DNA of 64,000 nucleotides from Anaerolineae bacterium (GTDB lineage Bacteria; Chloroflexota; Anaerolineae; UBA1429): NCBI GenBank assembly GCA_963675785.1, contig OY776562.1, positions 3,153,758 to 3,217,757 of the forward strand, read 5' to 3'. Shown piece by piece: positions 41,269 to 50,705 of this stretch (position 1 is its first letter; each line of letters starts with the position of its first letter). The notes under the pieces were generated by a model. It saw only the letters and a program-made list of their open reading frames with translations, ran no database searches and was not told where the DNA came from. The position numbers and the translations under genes were made by a program.

Positions 41269-41340
41269 TTACGTTTACTTTCGAATGGCTTCTTTTATTT
41301 TCACTGAGGCCATATTAGCATTTCTTATCGCAGGCGTCAA
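41269..41340 (-). promoter_or_regulatory. sugar operon promoter with 10-bp-periodic DeoR-type operator repeats
   Basis: TTGACG-17-TAATAT (41312-41340); downstream TGAAA/AGAAG/CGAAA/CGTAA spaced exactly 10 nt apart. Confidence 0.65.
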
Positions 41341-41430
41341 TTGGCAGTAAGACTCATATTCCTCACCTCGTCCTTTGAACATATCATACTGAAAAGATAC
41401 AAGCATTGTACAAAGATGAGGAAAGCCATC

Positions 41431-41727
41431 ATGCGCAAAATAACATTCAACTTTTGGCTCGATCTGATGATTGCGCTGGCCTTTGTCATTGAGACCATAT
41501 CGGGTGTCTTTTTGCTGGCTTTTACTAAAAGCTGGATTCCCACGCAATGGGGCCTGGTGCGTTGGATCTATGCCGTCGGCCGCCTGACCTGGACGCGTTG
41601 GCATGATTGGGCAGCCTTGGTATTGGTTATCGGGGTGATACTGCACATTATCCTGCACTGGCGTTGGGTTGTTTCGATGGCCAAGCGTCTCTGGCAAGAA
41701 GCTTTTCATTCGAACGAATCAGCCTAA
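41431..41727 (+). CDS. DUF4405-like small membrane protein
   Basis: Two TM helices, WHDW..HIILHWRW. Confidence 0.75.
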   Translation: MRKITFNFWLDLMIALAFVIETISGVFLLAFTKSWIPTQWGLVRWIYAVGRLTWTRWHDWAALVLVIGVILHIILHWRWVVSMAKRLWQEAFHSNESA

Positions 41728-41728
41728 G

Positions 41729-41763
41729 AAAAAAGGGCCCGCACTAGGCGGGCCCTCTTCTTT
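41729..41763. terminator. bidirectional terminator
   Basis: AAAAAAGGGCCCGC..GCGGGCCCTCTTCTTT. Confidence 0.75.
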
Positions 41764-43738
41764 AACTTAACAGATCTACATATTCCTCTAGAATAACCCC
41801 TTCGGAACCGACGCCAAAGGCGGTCAGCAACTCGGACACCATCCTTGCTTTGATGATGGCATCCTGCTCGGACCAGGTCCGGCTCTTGACCTCTATGAAT
41901 AACCCATCTGCAACGGGTGCTGTGATGCGGTCGATGTTCACTGCAAAGTCCAGGCCTTTATAGCGAATGTGGTAGCGCTCGCGGTGTTTGGTCACCTCGT
42001 AGGTCTTTTTGGGCTCGAAATATTCCCTGTAAAACCGCAGGCTCTTGTCGGCGGGGGCGGTATAGCGTGAACGGCTAAGCACCACACTGCCGTGGTATTC
42101 GGCTTCACGTGCGAGGCCGGTCAGCGTCAGAAAATAGATGGGGGAGACATCGCTACTCTCGCCGAGCACGATATCCTCGCGGTAACGGAGGCGGCCCTCT
42201 TTGGGATCGTCAAACTCGAAATAGGTATCGTATTGGTCGCGCTTGGTGTGGCGCGTCACGGTAACCAAGTTGTTCTCGATGGCCGCCATAAAGGCGGAAT
42301 CGTCGACTATGCGGCCCTTACCCTGCACTTCAAAAGTCTCCTGCTGCTCCAATCCACCAATGGAGAGCAGCTTGTCCAGCACACTGGCTCCGTGGGCTAC
42401 AAAGAACTTGTTGACGCGCTGGCCGGTCTGGCTTGCTTGCTTGACGAGATCCTCGGCGTCGAGCGTGAGCAGGTGGTGGTCTTGGACGGTCAAGCGCCCG
42501 TTGATGAGGACATCACGGACATCACTGCCCTTGGTGGCATAGGCCAGCCGCGAATAGACGTTCAGGCCGGTGGTCTCAAAGTGAGGCACATTGTGAATCG
42601 AATCCATGTTGACTACGATGATGTCCGCTCGCTTGCCCGCTTCGAGTGAACCAATCAGTTTCTCCATGCCTAGCACACGTGCGCCATAGATGGTGGCCAT
42701 GGCGATGGCCTCTTGAGCAGGCAGGGCCAGCGGATTCCTGAGCACGCCTTTGGGCAATAGGGCAGCTAATCGCGTCTCTTCGAACATGTCCAAATCGTTG
42801 TTGCTCGAAGCGCCATCAGTGCCGATACCCACATCGACGCCAGCATCCATCATTTCTATCACAGGGGCAATGCCGCTGGCTAGCTTGAGGTTGCTGGTGG
42901 GATTGTGCGCTACGCCTACATGATGAGCGGCCATGATCTGCATCTCTTCGCGGTTCACGTGCACGCAGTGCGCCGCCACGCAGTGAGCATCGAGGATGCC
43001 CTGCTCTTCGAGCCAGCGGAAGGGGCGCATGCCAGTGGCATTCAGCCAGGAAGTGACCTCATCGGCTGTCTCCGATACATGAATCAATTGAGGAACGTTG
43101 TACTGACTAGCAATGGCGGTCGTCTGCTTGAGTATCTCGGCTGTCGTCATATAAGGTGAATGGGGTGCCGGAGCGGCAACGATGAGATCGTGGCCTTGCC
43201 AGCGCTGGCAGAAATCAGCAATATACTGGAGGCTTTTATCATAGCTGGTGGCATCTGGCGTGGGGAAGGTCATGACGGTCTCGCCACAGACGCCGCGCAT
43301 GCCGGCTTGTTCGGCCGCCCAGGCAACTTCTTCTTCGTGATAGTACATATCCGCAAAGCAAGTGGTGCCGCTCAGCATCATCTCGGCACAAGAGAGTTGT
43401 GTTCCTAAAAAGCAGAACTCGGGATTGACGAATTCGCGCTCTACCGGCAGCATGTAGCCATAGAGCCACACATCCAATCGCAGGTCGTCGGCAATACCCC
43501 GCAGAAGACTCATAGGCATGTGGGTATGGGTGTTGATCAGACCGGGCATAACAACGTGCGCGCTGCAATCGAGGGTGTTTTCCGCGATATATTTGGCTTC
43601 AAGTTCTGAACTTGGCCCAATCTCTAGGATCTCTGTTCCGAGGATGGCCACGCCGCCATCAGGTATGATGTTTCTCTTTTCGTCCATGGTGACGATGGTG
43701 CCGTTGAGGAGCAGAGTATCGACTCTTGTCTGTGACAT
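41762..43738 (-). CDS. MTA/SAH deaminase-like amidohydrolase fused to a CYTH domain
   Basis: PGLINTHTH, HVSET, SNLKLASG, GTDG..SNN; C-terminal FEVQGK, QYDTYF, RLRYR, KHRERY, FIEVK. Confidence 0.82.
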   Translation of the reverse strand: MSQTRVDTLLLNGTIVTMDEKRNIIPDGGVAILGTEILEIGPSSELEAKYIAENTLDCSAHVVMPGLINTHTHMPMSLLRGIADDLRLDVWLYGYMLPVEREFVNPEFCFLGTQLSCAEMMLSGTTCFADMYYHEEEVAWAAEQAGMRGVCGETVMTFPTPDATSYDKSLQYIADFCQRWQGHDLIVAAPAPHSPYMTTAEILKQTTAIASQYNVPQLIHVSETADEVTSWLNATGMRPFRWLEEQGILDAHCVAAHCVHVNREEMQIMAAHHVGVAHNPTSNLKLASGIAPVIEMMDAGVDVGIGTDGASSNNDLDMFEETRLAALLPKGVLRNPLALPAQEAIAMATIYGARVLGMEKLIGSLEAGKRADIIVVNMDSIHNVPHFETTGLNVYSRLAYATKGSDVRDVLINGRLTVQDHHLLTLDAEDLVKQASQTGQRVNKFFVAHGASVLDKLLSIGGLEQQETFEVQGKGRIVDDSAFMAAIENNLVTVTRHTKRDQYDTYFEFDDPKEGRLRYREDIVLGESSDVSPIYFLTLTGLAREAEYHGSVVLSRSRYTAPADKSLRFYREYFEPKKTYEVTKHRERYHIRYKGLDFAVNIDRITAPVADGLFIEVKSRTWSEQDAIIKARMVSELLTAFGVGSEGVILEEYVDLLS

Positions 43739-43808
43739 TTACAGAGACCTCCTTTGGTCTGGCTCCTAGTATGATAAAAAGCGCAGCCCAAAAGGGCTGC
43801 GCATGGCC

Positions 43809-45182
43809 TTATCCGTTGCTCAGGGATTGTGGTATTTGCACCCTGGCATACACGGCGTTCTTTATTTCTAGAATTTTGCGCCTCAGCGCATCGTCTCGCT
43901 CAAACAGGGCAGTGATCTTGTTACAACCGTGCATTACGGTGGTGTGATCTCGCCCTCCGAGAGCTTCACCAATCTGCGGTAGAGACATGTTGGTCATATC
44001 ACGCATCAGGAACATGGCCACCTGACGGGCCATGGCTACTTCGCGTGTTCTGCGGCGCCCCATGATCTCTTCTTCCGTGACCCCATAGTTGCTACAAACC
44101 ACTTCGGTGATGTGATGATAGTCCAGCGTGGTGGCATGATGTTGAAAACTCCCCAGGGCCTGTTCGGCCGTTTGTACACTGAGAGGGTAGCTCATAGTGC
44201 GGGCTAGAGCTAACACGCGCGTCAGGGCGCCTTCCAACTCACGGATGTTGCTCTGCACTTGCTGGGCGATGAACTCGATAACCGAGTTGGGCAACGTCAC
44301 ATGGAGCATATCGGCTTTGGCTTCGAGGATGGCCATGCGCGTCTCCAGATCGGGTGGCTGGATATCTGCCGTAAGGCCCCATTCAAAACGGGAACGAAGG
44401 CGTTCCTCTAATCCCACAAAGGCCCGTGGCTGGCGGTCACTGGAAAGCACGATCTGACGGTTCTCCTGGTACAAATCATTAAAAGTATGAAAGAACTCTT
44501 CTTGCGTACGTTCTTTATTGATAAGGAATTGGACGTCGTCCAACAAGAGCACATCGATATTGCGATATTTGGCACGGAACTCTTCAGTGGTGCGGTTACG
44601 GATAGATTTGATCAGTTCGTTGGCAAAAGTCTCCGCACTCACATACAGCGTGCGGCGTTTATCATGCATGGCCTGGTTGCCGATGGCATGCAAAAGGTGT
44701 GTTTTGCCAAGGCCCACGCCGCCATAGATGAAAAGCGGGTTATAGGATGTCCCGGGGTTTTCTGCCACAGCAAGGCAGCCTGCATGAGCCAGACGGTTGG
44801 ACTGCCCGATGATGAAATTATCAAAGGTGTACCGTCGGTTGATGTGGGGATCGAGATCATCCTGCTCATCCATGCCGTCATCTGGAAATTCGGGGCTATC
44901 CAGCGGCTCGGTAGGTTGTGGGACGGTAGAGTGTGAATTGCTTCTTACCACAAAGCGCACAGAGACCGTTCGACCAGCTATTTGCGTCACCGTTTTTTGG
45001 ATGCTCGCATAGAGCCGATTTTCAAGCCAGTCTTTAGCATAACCAGACTTTACGCCAACGACCAGAACGCCGTCTTCGTAAGAGATAGCCTGAGTACCAC
45101 TAACCCAGGTATCAAAGGATGGTCGCTCGAGCTGCATTTGCAGCTCGCCGAGTGCTCCTTGCCATAGTTGGTCTGCCTTCAT
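43809..45182 (-). CDS. dnaA: chromosomal replication initiator DnaA
   Basis: YNPLFIYGGVGLGKTHL, LLDDVQF, RLRSRFEWGL, GGRDHTTV. Confidence 0.97.
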   Translation of the reverse strand: MKADQLWQGALGELQMQLERPSFDTWVSGTQAISYEDGVLVVGVKSGYAKDWLENRLYASIQKTVTQIAGRTVSVRFVVRSNSHSTVPQPTEPLDSPEFPDDGMDEQDDLDPHINRRYTFDNFIIGQSNRLAHAGCLAVAENPGTSYNPLFIYGGVGLGKTHLLHAIGNQAMHDKRRTLYVSAETFANELIKSIRNRTTEEFRAKYRNIDVLLLDDVQFLINKERTQEEFFHTFNDLYQENRQIVLSSDRQPRAFVGLEERLRSRFEWGLTADIQPPDLETRMAILEAKADMLHVTLPNSVIEFIAQQVQSNIRELEGALTRVLALARTMSYPLSVQTAEQALGSFQHHATTLDYHHITEVVCSNYGVTEEEIMGRRRTREVAMARQVAMFLMRDMTNMSLPQIGEALGGRDHTTVMHGCNKITALFERDDALRRKILEIKNAVYARVQIPQSLSNG

Positions 45183-45504
45183 GTGCTGCGCTCCGTGTCG
45201 TGGTGGTTCAGCCAGTTTCTTGGAGGCGGAGAGAAGAGGACGTGTTGCCTCAACTGTCCCACATCACAGGGCAAAGATTACTTGGAGTGTGGAAGGACTG
45301 TCTGCCCCATGCGTGGTCTATCGATTCTACCATTATGACATCGTTTTGCCAAGGATGTTTGGCATGAATCTCGTAACTCTGGGTAAAACTAGCGTAATCA
45401 GGTTTATGCATTATTGCGCTCATTGGGTTTATGCAGAACTTATGCGCCTCTGTCATTGCCATGGTATGCTTTCTCCAGAGCGATTTTTGGGGGAGGCTGA
45501 CGAC

Positions 45505-45849
45505 GTGAGCGTGTTAATTATCGACCGTGATAACAAACCGATCGATCGCGTACCCAATGTCGTGGTTTCGCAGGTTGAGCATCACCGGACCATGACTATG
45601 GTGCGATTTTTGGGGCGGCTTTTTGCCTATATGCCAGATGCCGGGCGTGGCTTTTATACCTGGGCATTGGTGGCAATGTATTGGCCGGCGCAACGTCTTT
45701 CTGTGCACCAATACAGTCCGCCTCATCTTCGATTGATTCTGTTCGGACGCTGGGAGTTTGGATTGGTGTTGGGGAGCTGGGCGTTGGGACTTAAATTAGG
45801 GCAGCCATTGATGTGGCTCAAGAGAGCAATGCCTGCGACTGGCAGCTAA
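45505..45849 (+). CDS. hypothetical protein
   Basis: GGAGG SD before GTG 45505; followed by a terminator. Confidence 0.5.
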   Translation: MSVLIIDRDNKPIDRVPNVVVSQVEHHRTMTMVRFLGRLFAYMPDAGRGFYTWALVAMYWPAQRLSVHQYSPPHLRLILFGRWEFGLVLGSWALGLKLGQPLMWLKRAMPATGS

Positions 45850-45861
45850 AGTGAATGCTTT

Positions 45862-45894
45862 GGGACCTGAGGGGAAACCTCAGGTCCTTTTTTT
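45862..45894 (+). terminator. intrinsic terminator
   Basis: GGACCTGAGG-GGAAA-CCTCAGGTCC-TTTTTT. Confidence 0.8.
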
Positions 45895-46261
45895 ATGACC
45901 GGGAAACGGCGCGGCTGGTGACAATGTCAACGCCAGTGCCGAGGATGTTGGTCATAACGGTTTGATGAGAGGCAATGGGTGCCTGGAGGTGAATGCTCCG
46001 CAAAAGCTTGGCAGCTTCTTGCACTAGATGCTTGGGCAGGGCCTGGTTTGAATGCACTGGCACCAATGGCAAAATGCCGTCATCCACACTTACAGTGGTC
46101 GTTAGCATACGACGTGGATTGGACATCTCTTCACGAACAAAGGCCTCGCCACGTTTGCAGCTGTTGCCCACAATCTCGATGACCTGATCTCCATCAACAA
46201 TTGCTCGAATACTACAGCCCACTGGGCAGGTAACGCAAATGAATTCTCGTTCTTCTTGCAT
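45893..46261 (-). CDS. DUF1667 CxxCPxGC protein (glycerol-3-P dehydrogenase accessory)
   Basis: CVTCPVGC..GNSCKRG..NPRRMLTTTV. Confidence 0.85.
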   Translation of the reverse strand: MQEEREFICVTCPVGCSIRAIVDGDQVIEIVGNSCKRGEAFVREEMSNPRRMLTTTVSVDDGILPLVPVHSNQALPKHLVQEAAKLLRSIHLQAPIASHQTVMTNILGTGVDIVTSRAVSRS

Positions 46262-46279
46262 TGTATATACTCCAGCGGC

Positions 46280-47548
46280 TTATCTAATGCGGACGGTGAG
46301 TTTGCTAGCCTTTTCAACGACAGCGGCCTCATCCGATCCCAGCGAGAGAATAATCATTTCAGAAGGCCGCACATAACGGAGTCGCTTGGAAACAATAACC
46401 TCGTCATCGGCCAGGATTTCAGCCCTTGCTGCAGCTTCAATCGGTGTTCTCACACGAAACTCTACTTTGCGATCCTGAATGGCAAGCGCTTGTGGATGAA
46501 TGTGTTGCGGCACCACGTGATGAACGTTGTCACCGGCTTGAATCGGAATGCTCGTCTCAAAGGGGCAGGTTGTTCCTAGTGCAAACTCGGCGGCATGTTG
46601 ACCGGCTCGTAGTGCACTACGTGTTACTTCGTCGACTAGATCGTACACGTGGACTACGTTACCGGCTGCAAAAACACCCTTGACGCTGGTTGCCATACAC
46701 TCGTCGACAAAAGGCCCACCGGCTATCGGATCGATCTCGACCCCCGCCAGCATGGAGAGCTCATTTTCTGGTATCAGCCCAACGGACAAGAGCAGCGTAT
46801 CGCAAGGAATATCACGCTCGGTGCCAGCAACGGGGCGCCAGCGCTCATCCACCTGGCTGACCGTAACGGATTCGACGCGGTCTCGGCCATTCACGCGTGT
46901 TACAGTGGTGGACAGGTACAAGGGAATATCGAAATCCTTGATGCATTGTACAAGGTTGCGCTTCAGGCCGCTCACATACGGCAGCACCTCAAGCATGGCG
47001 CTGACATGGGCACCTTCCAAGGTAAGGCGTCTAGCCATGATCATGCCAATGTCACCAGAACCCAGAATGACGAAATTCTCGCCCGGCATATAGCCTTCCA
47101 TATTGACCATGCGCTGAGCCATGCCCGCGGTATAGACGCCGGCAGGCCGTGTACCAGGGATAGCCAGTGCGCCGCGAGGCCGCTCTCGGCAGCCCATGGC
47201 TAGCACCAGGGCTTTGGCCTCGAACTCGATTAGACCTTGCTCTTCGTTAGAGGCAATAACCCGCGGGCCAGGCTGGATGTCGAGTACCATGGTTTTGACA
47301 AACGTTTCAATATCTGTTGCCAGGGCCTGTTCTACCCAACGGCCGGCATATTCGGGGCCGGTGAGGTCATCGCCAAAGACGCTGACGCCAAACCCGTTGT
47401 GGATGCACTGGGTGAGAATGCCTCCCAATTCGCTATTGCGCTCGAGGACGACTACTTTTTCAGCACCGGTCTCACGAGCCTGATAAGCTGCAGCTAGGCC
47501 GGCTGGGCCGCCACCAATGATGAGCACGTCACAAGCGTACTGCTTCAT
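46280..47548 (-). CDS. NAD(P)/FAD-dependent oxidoreductase
   Basis: GGGPAG, LGGILTQCIHNGFG, MGCRER, GSGDIGMIMARR. Confidence 0.88.
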   Translation of the reverse strand: MKQYACDVLIIGGGPAGLAAAYQARETGAEKVVVLERNSELGGILTQCIHNGFGVSVFGDDLTGPEYAGRWVEQALATDIETFVKTMVLDIQPGPRVIASNEEQGLIEFEAKALVLAMGCRERPRGALAIPGTRPAGVYTAGMAQRMVNMEGYMPGENFVILGSGDIGMIMARRLTLEGAHVSAMLEVLPYVSGLKRNLVQCIKDFDIPLYLSTTVTRVNGRDRVESVTVSQVDERWRPVAGTERDIPCDTLLLSVGLIPENELSMLAGVEIDPIAGGPFVDECMATSVKGVFAAGNVVHVYDLVDEVTRSALRAGQHAAEFALGTTCPFETSIPIQAGDNVHHVVPQHIHPQALAIQDRKVEFRVRTPIEAAARAEILADDEVIVSKRLRYVRPSEMIILSLGSDEAAVVEKASKLTVRIR

Positions 47549-49002
47549 TCTGCCACCTCCTTGGTCTTGCGGTTTAGGAGGTGAGAACCGTCGCCACGTT
47601 TGGTCAGCTCCAGCGGATCCATATTCAATTCGCGGGCCATGATGTCGATGACCAGAGGCATATCAAAGGAACCTTGGCATCTGCCAGTGCCTATGCGAGT
47701 GCGGCGCTTGACGGCGTCGTATGTCTGGGCCGGTATGGGCGCATGACAAGCAGCTACGATTTCACCCTCTGTTACCGTCTCACAGCGGCAGATGACATTG
47801 CCGTATCGGGGATCCTGGCGGATGAGTTCATCTTGTTCATCGCGCGAAAGGTGCGAAAAGCGCGGAATTGCTTGGCGTGTAGCGATGTAATCTTTTTTCT
47901 CGTTCAATTCCATGCCCGCTTGAGCCAAAAGGGAGATTACGTACTGGGCAATAGCTGGCGAAGCGGTTAGGCCAGGTGATTCGATCCCCGCCAACACCAC
48001 CAGGCCTTGCGTGTGACAGGGTGATTCTATGTAGAAATCACCTGTCGAACCAGAAGCACGCAGCCCTGAGAAGGTGCGAATGATGTCTCGACGATTGATG
48101 CCGGGCACGAGCTTGAGAGCGCCACTCATCACTTCTTCCAGGCCCTCGGCTGTGGTGGAGAGATCCGTCTTGTCATCAACACTGTTGGCATTAGGCCCTA
48201 GCATCACGTTGCCATGGATGGTGCGCGTCACCAAAATGCCTTTGCTCACCAGCGTGGGGCAAGGGAAAAGGACATTGTGTACATAGCGGGTGGCTCGACG
48301 GTCGAGCACATAGTATTCGCCTTTGCGCGGTTTGATTGTAAAGCCATAGATGCCTGCACTGGCCATGAGTTCATCGGCCCAGAGCCCTGCAGCGACGATG
48401 ACCCATTTGGCTCTCAATTCACCCTTGTTCGTGGTCACGCCGGTTACCTGGTTTTTGTCTTTAATGAGCCCTGTGACTCGGGTGTTCAATAGCACACGGG
48501 TGCCGTTGAGCACGGCATGTTCTGCTGCAGCAATGCAAAGATTGAATGGATCCACGATGCCGCCGGTACGAGCTAGCAAAGCCCCCGTGACGGCGGGAGT
48601 GATACCGGGCTCGCGCAGACGCATCTCCTCGCCGCTGATGATCTCCAAGCCGGGAACGTTGTTTTCTTGTCCACGCTCTAGCAGTTCGTTGAGCGTAATG
48701 AGGTCTTGCTGGGTAGAACCGACGACATAGGTGCCGCAGCGGTCGAACTCTACGTCGAGATCGGAGCACACCTGATCGAACATGGCGTTACCAGCGACGT
48801 TGAGCTTGGCTTTGAGGCTGCCGGGTTTGGCGTCATAGCCCCCGTGGACGATGGCCGTATTGGCTTTGGTGGTGCCCTCGGCCACGTCGGATTCTTTGTC
48901 AATGAGTACAATGTCCAAATCATAGCGAGACAGCGCGCTGGCAATAAGACTGCCAACGACACCCGCACCTACAATAACGACATCTGCTTCTCGGTTTTCC
49001 AT
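47545..49002 (-). CDS. FAD-dependent glycerol-3-phosphate dehydrogenase with BFD-like 2Fe-2S tail
   Basis: GAGVVG, TKANTAIVHGG, ESPGLT, CRCE..GRCQG; follows glpK. Confidence 0.85.
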   Translation of the reverse strand: MENREADVVIVGAGVVGSLIASALSRYDLDIVLIDKESDVAEGTTKANTAIVHGGYDAKPGSLKAKLNVAGNAMFDQVCSDLDVEFDRCGTYVVGSTQQDLITLNELLERGQENNVPGLEIISGEEMRLREPGITPAVTGALLARTGGIVDPFNLCIAAAEHAVLNGTRVLLNTRVTGLIKDKNQVTGVTTNKGELRAKWVIVAAGLWADELMASAGIYGFTIKPRKGEYYVLDRRATRYVHNVLFPCPTLVSKGILVTRTIHGNVMLGPNANSVDDKTDLSTTAEGLEEVMSGALKLVPGINRRDIIRTFSGLRASGSTGDFYIESPCHTQGLVVLAGIESPGLTASPAIAQYVISLLAQAGMELNEKKDYIATRQAIPRFSHLSRDEQDELIRQDPRYGNVICRCETVTEGEIVAACHAPIPAQTYDAVKRRTRIGTGRCQGSFDMPLVIDIMARELNMDPLELTKRGDGSHLLNRKTKEVAE

Positions 49003-49018
49003 TTGCATATCCAGACTA

Positions 49019-50536
49019 CTACTCTTCAGGGGTGACCCATCGCATAGCGCGCCCGACGGCTCGACGCCAATCTCGGAATTGAGCTTCTCGACGTGCGGCG
49101 TCCCATTCGGGAGAGAATTCACGATCGACTTGCCAGTTGGTCCGCAAGTCATCCAATCCGCTCCACACGCCCGTAGCTAAGCCCGCCATATACGCCGCGC
49201 CTAATGCGGTGGTTTCGCCAACACGCGGGCGTACGACGGACACACCAAGAATATCACTTTGCAGCTGCATCAAGAAATTGTTGACAACGGCTCCGCCATC
49301 TACTTGCAAGCGTTTTAGAGCGATATGGGAGTCATTCTCCATCGCTTGTAGCACTTCGCGCGTCTGATAGCAGATAGCCTCTAGTGTGGCGCGGACGATA
49401 TGCGCACGATTGGTGTAGCGCGTCATTCCCACAATAGTGCCGCGTGCATACATATCCCAGTAGGGAGCATAAAGACCCGAAAAAGCTGGCACAAAGTAGA
49501 CTCCTCCGGTATCGGGCACCGAACTGGCTACTGCTTCACTTTCGGCAGCAGATTGAATCAGTCCCAGATTGTCGCGGAGCCACTGGATGGCGGCGCCGGT
49601 AATAGCGATCGAGCCCTCAAGTGCATATTTTACAGGTTGCCCTTCTAGGGCATAGCCAACGGTACTCAGCAGGCCGTGTTCAGAGGGAACGGGTTTATCA
49701 CCGGTGTTCATCAACAGAAATGAGCCGGTGCCGTAGGTGTTTTTTGCCTCACCCGGAGCAAAACAGGTTTGGCCAAACAGAGCACCATGTTGATCGCCGA
49801 TGGCACTACCAATAGGTATGATGGTTTGGCTGCCGGGAAAGACCGCGGTACCAAAAGCAGTGTTGGAAGAATTGGGGACGATCTGTGGCAGCATTTGCGC
49901 TGGGATGTCGAGTAGATCCAGCATGTCCTGATCCCAGGCACACGTTTTGAGGTTCATCAACATGGTGCGTGATGCATTGGTGATATCGGTAACGTGCAAG
50001 CCTCCGTCAGTCCCACCGGTCATATTCCAGACAAGCCAGCTATCGACGGTGCCAAAGAGGGCGTCGCCGCGTTCTGCTGCCTCTCGCAAATCTGGCACAT
50101 TATCCAGCAGCCACTTGAGCTTGGTGCCGGAAAAATAGGTGGCGATAACGAGCCCGGTTCGCTCGCGGATGAAATCCTCGAGTCCATCAGCGATAAGCTT
50201 GCTGCAGATGTTTTGGGTGCGCATGCACTGCCAAACGATAGCATTGTAGTAGGGCTTGCCGGTACTGCGATCCCAAACTACCGTCGTCTCGCGCTGATTG
50301 GCGATGCCAATAGCACGGATATTTTTTGCAGATAGGCCACTCGAATCCAGGGCAGTACTCATGACTTCTTGAGTACGGTGCCATATCTCAATGGGATTGT
50401 GCTCGACCCAACCCGGGCGGGGAAGAATTTGCTGATGTTCCGCATATGCCTGGCTGATGCTATGGCCCTGACTATCAAAGAGGATACAGCGTGTACCGGT
50501 TGTTCCCTGGTCTACTGCAGCAACGTACTCGACCAT
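49019..50536 (-). CDS. glpK: glycerol kinase
   Basis: DQGTTG, NQRETT, YFSGTK, TNASRT, KNTYGTG, VPAFSGL. Confidence 0.96.
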   Translation of the reverse strand: MVEYVAAVDQGTTGTRCILFDSQGHSISQAYAEHQQILPRPGWVEHNPIEIWHRTQEVMSTALDSSGLSAKNIRAIGIANQRETTVVWDRSTGKPYYNAIVWQCMRTQNICSKLIADGLEDFIRERTGLVIATYFSGTKLKWLLDNVPDLREAAERGDALFGTVDSWLVWNMTGGTDGGLHVTDITNASRTMLMNLKTCAWDQDMLDLLDIPAQMLPQIVPNSSNTAFGTAVFPGSQTIIPIGSAIGDQHGALFGQTCFAPGEAKNTYGTGSFLLMNTGDKPVPSEHGLLSTVGYALEGQPVKYALEGSIAITGAAIQWLRDNLGLIQSAAESEAVASSVPDTGGVYFVPAFSGLYAPYWDMYARGTIVGMTRYTNRAHIVRATLEAICYQTREVLQAMENDSHIALKRLQVDGGAVVNNFLMQLQSDILGVSVVRPRVGETTALGAAYMAGLATGVWSGLDDLRTNWQVDREFSPEWDAARREAQFRDWRRAVGRAMRWVTPEE

Positions 50537-50705
50537 TGTCCCAATCTCCATGTCAGCATTGACTGATCCTGCGAGGATCTTGTCGATAGTACCCCCGGTG
50601 GGCTAAAGCGTCAAGCTTACAGAGTTGACAGGTGGGCCGACTGGCGTAACCTCAGAGTAGGGGAAGGGTTTTCTGGTTGGGGTTTGCTTGTATGTGGAGG
50701 GAAAG

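Noticed and set aside
45181-45504. First half of the 222-aa ORF upstream of dnaA
   Set aside because: No SD and implausible composition; it covers the dnaA promoter region.
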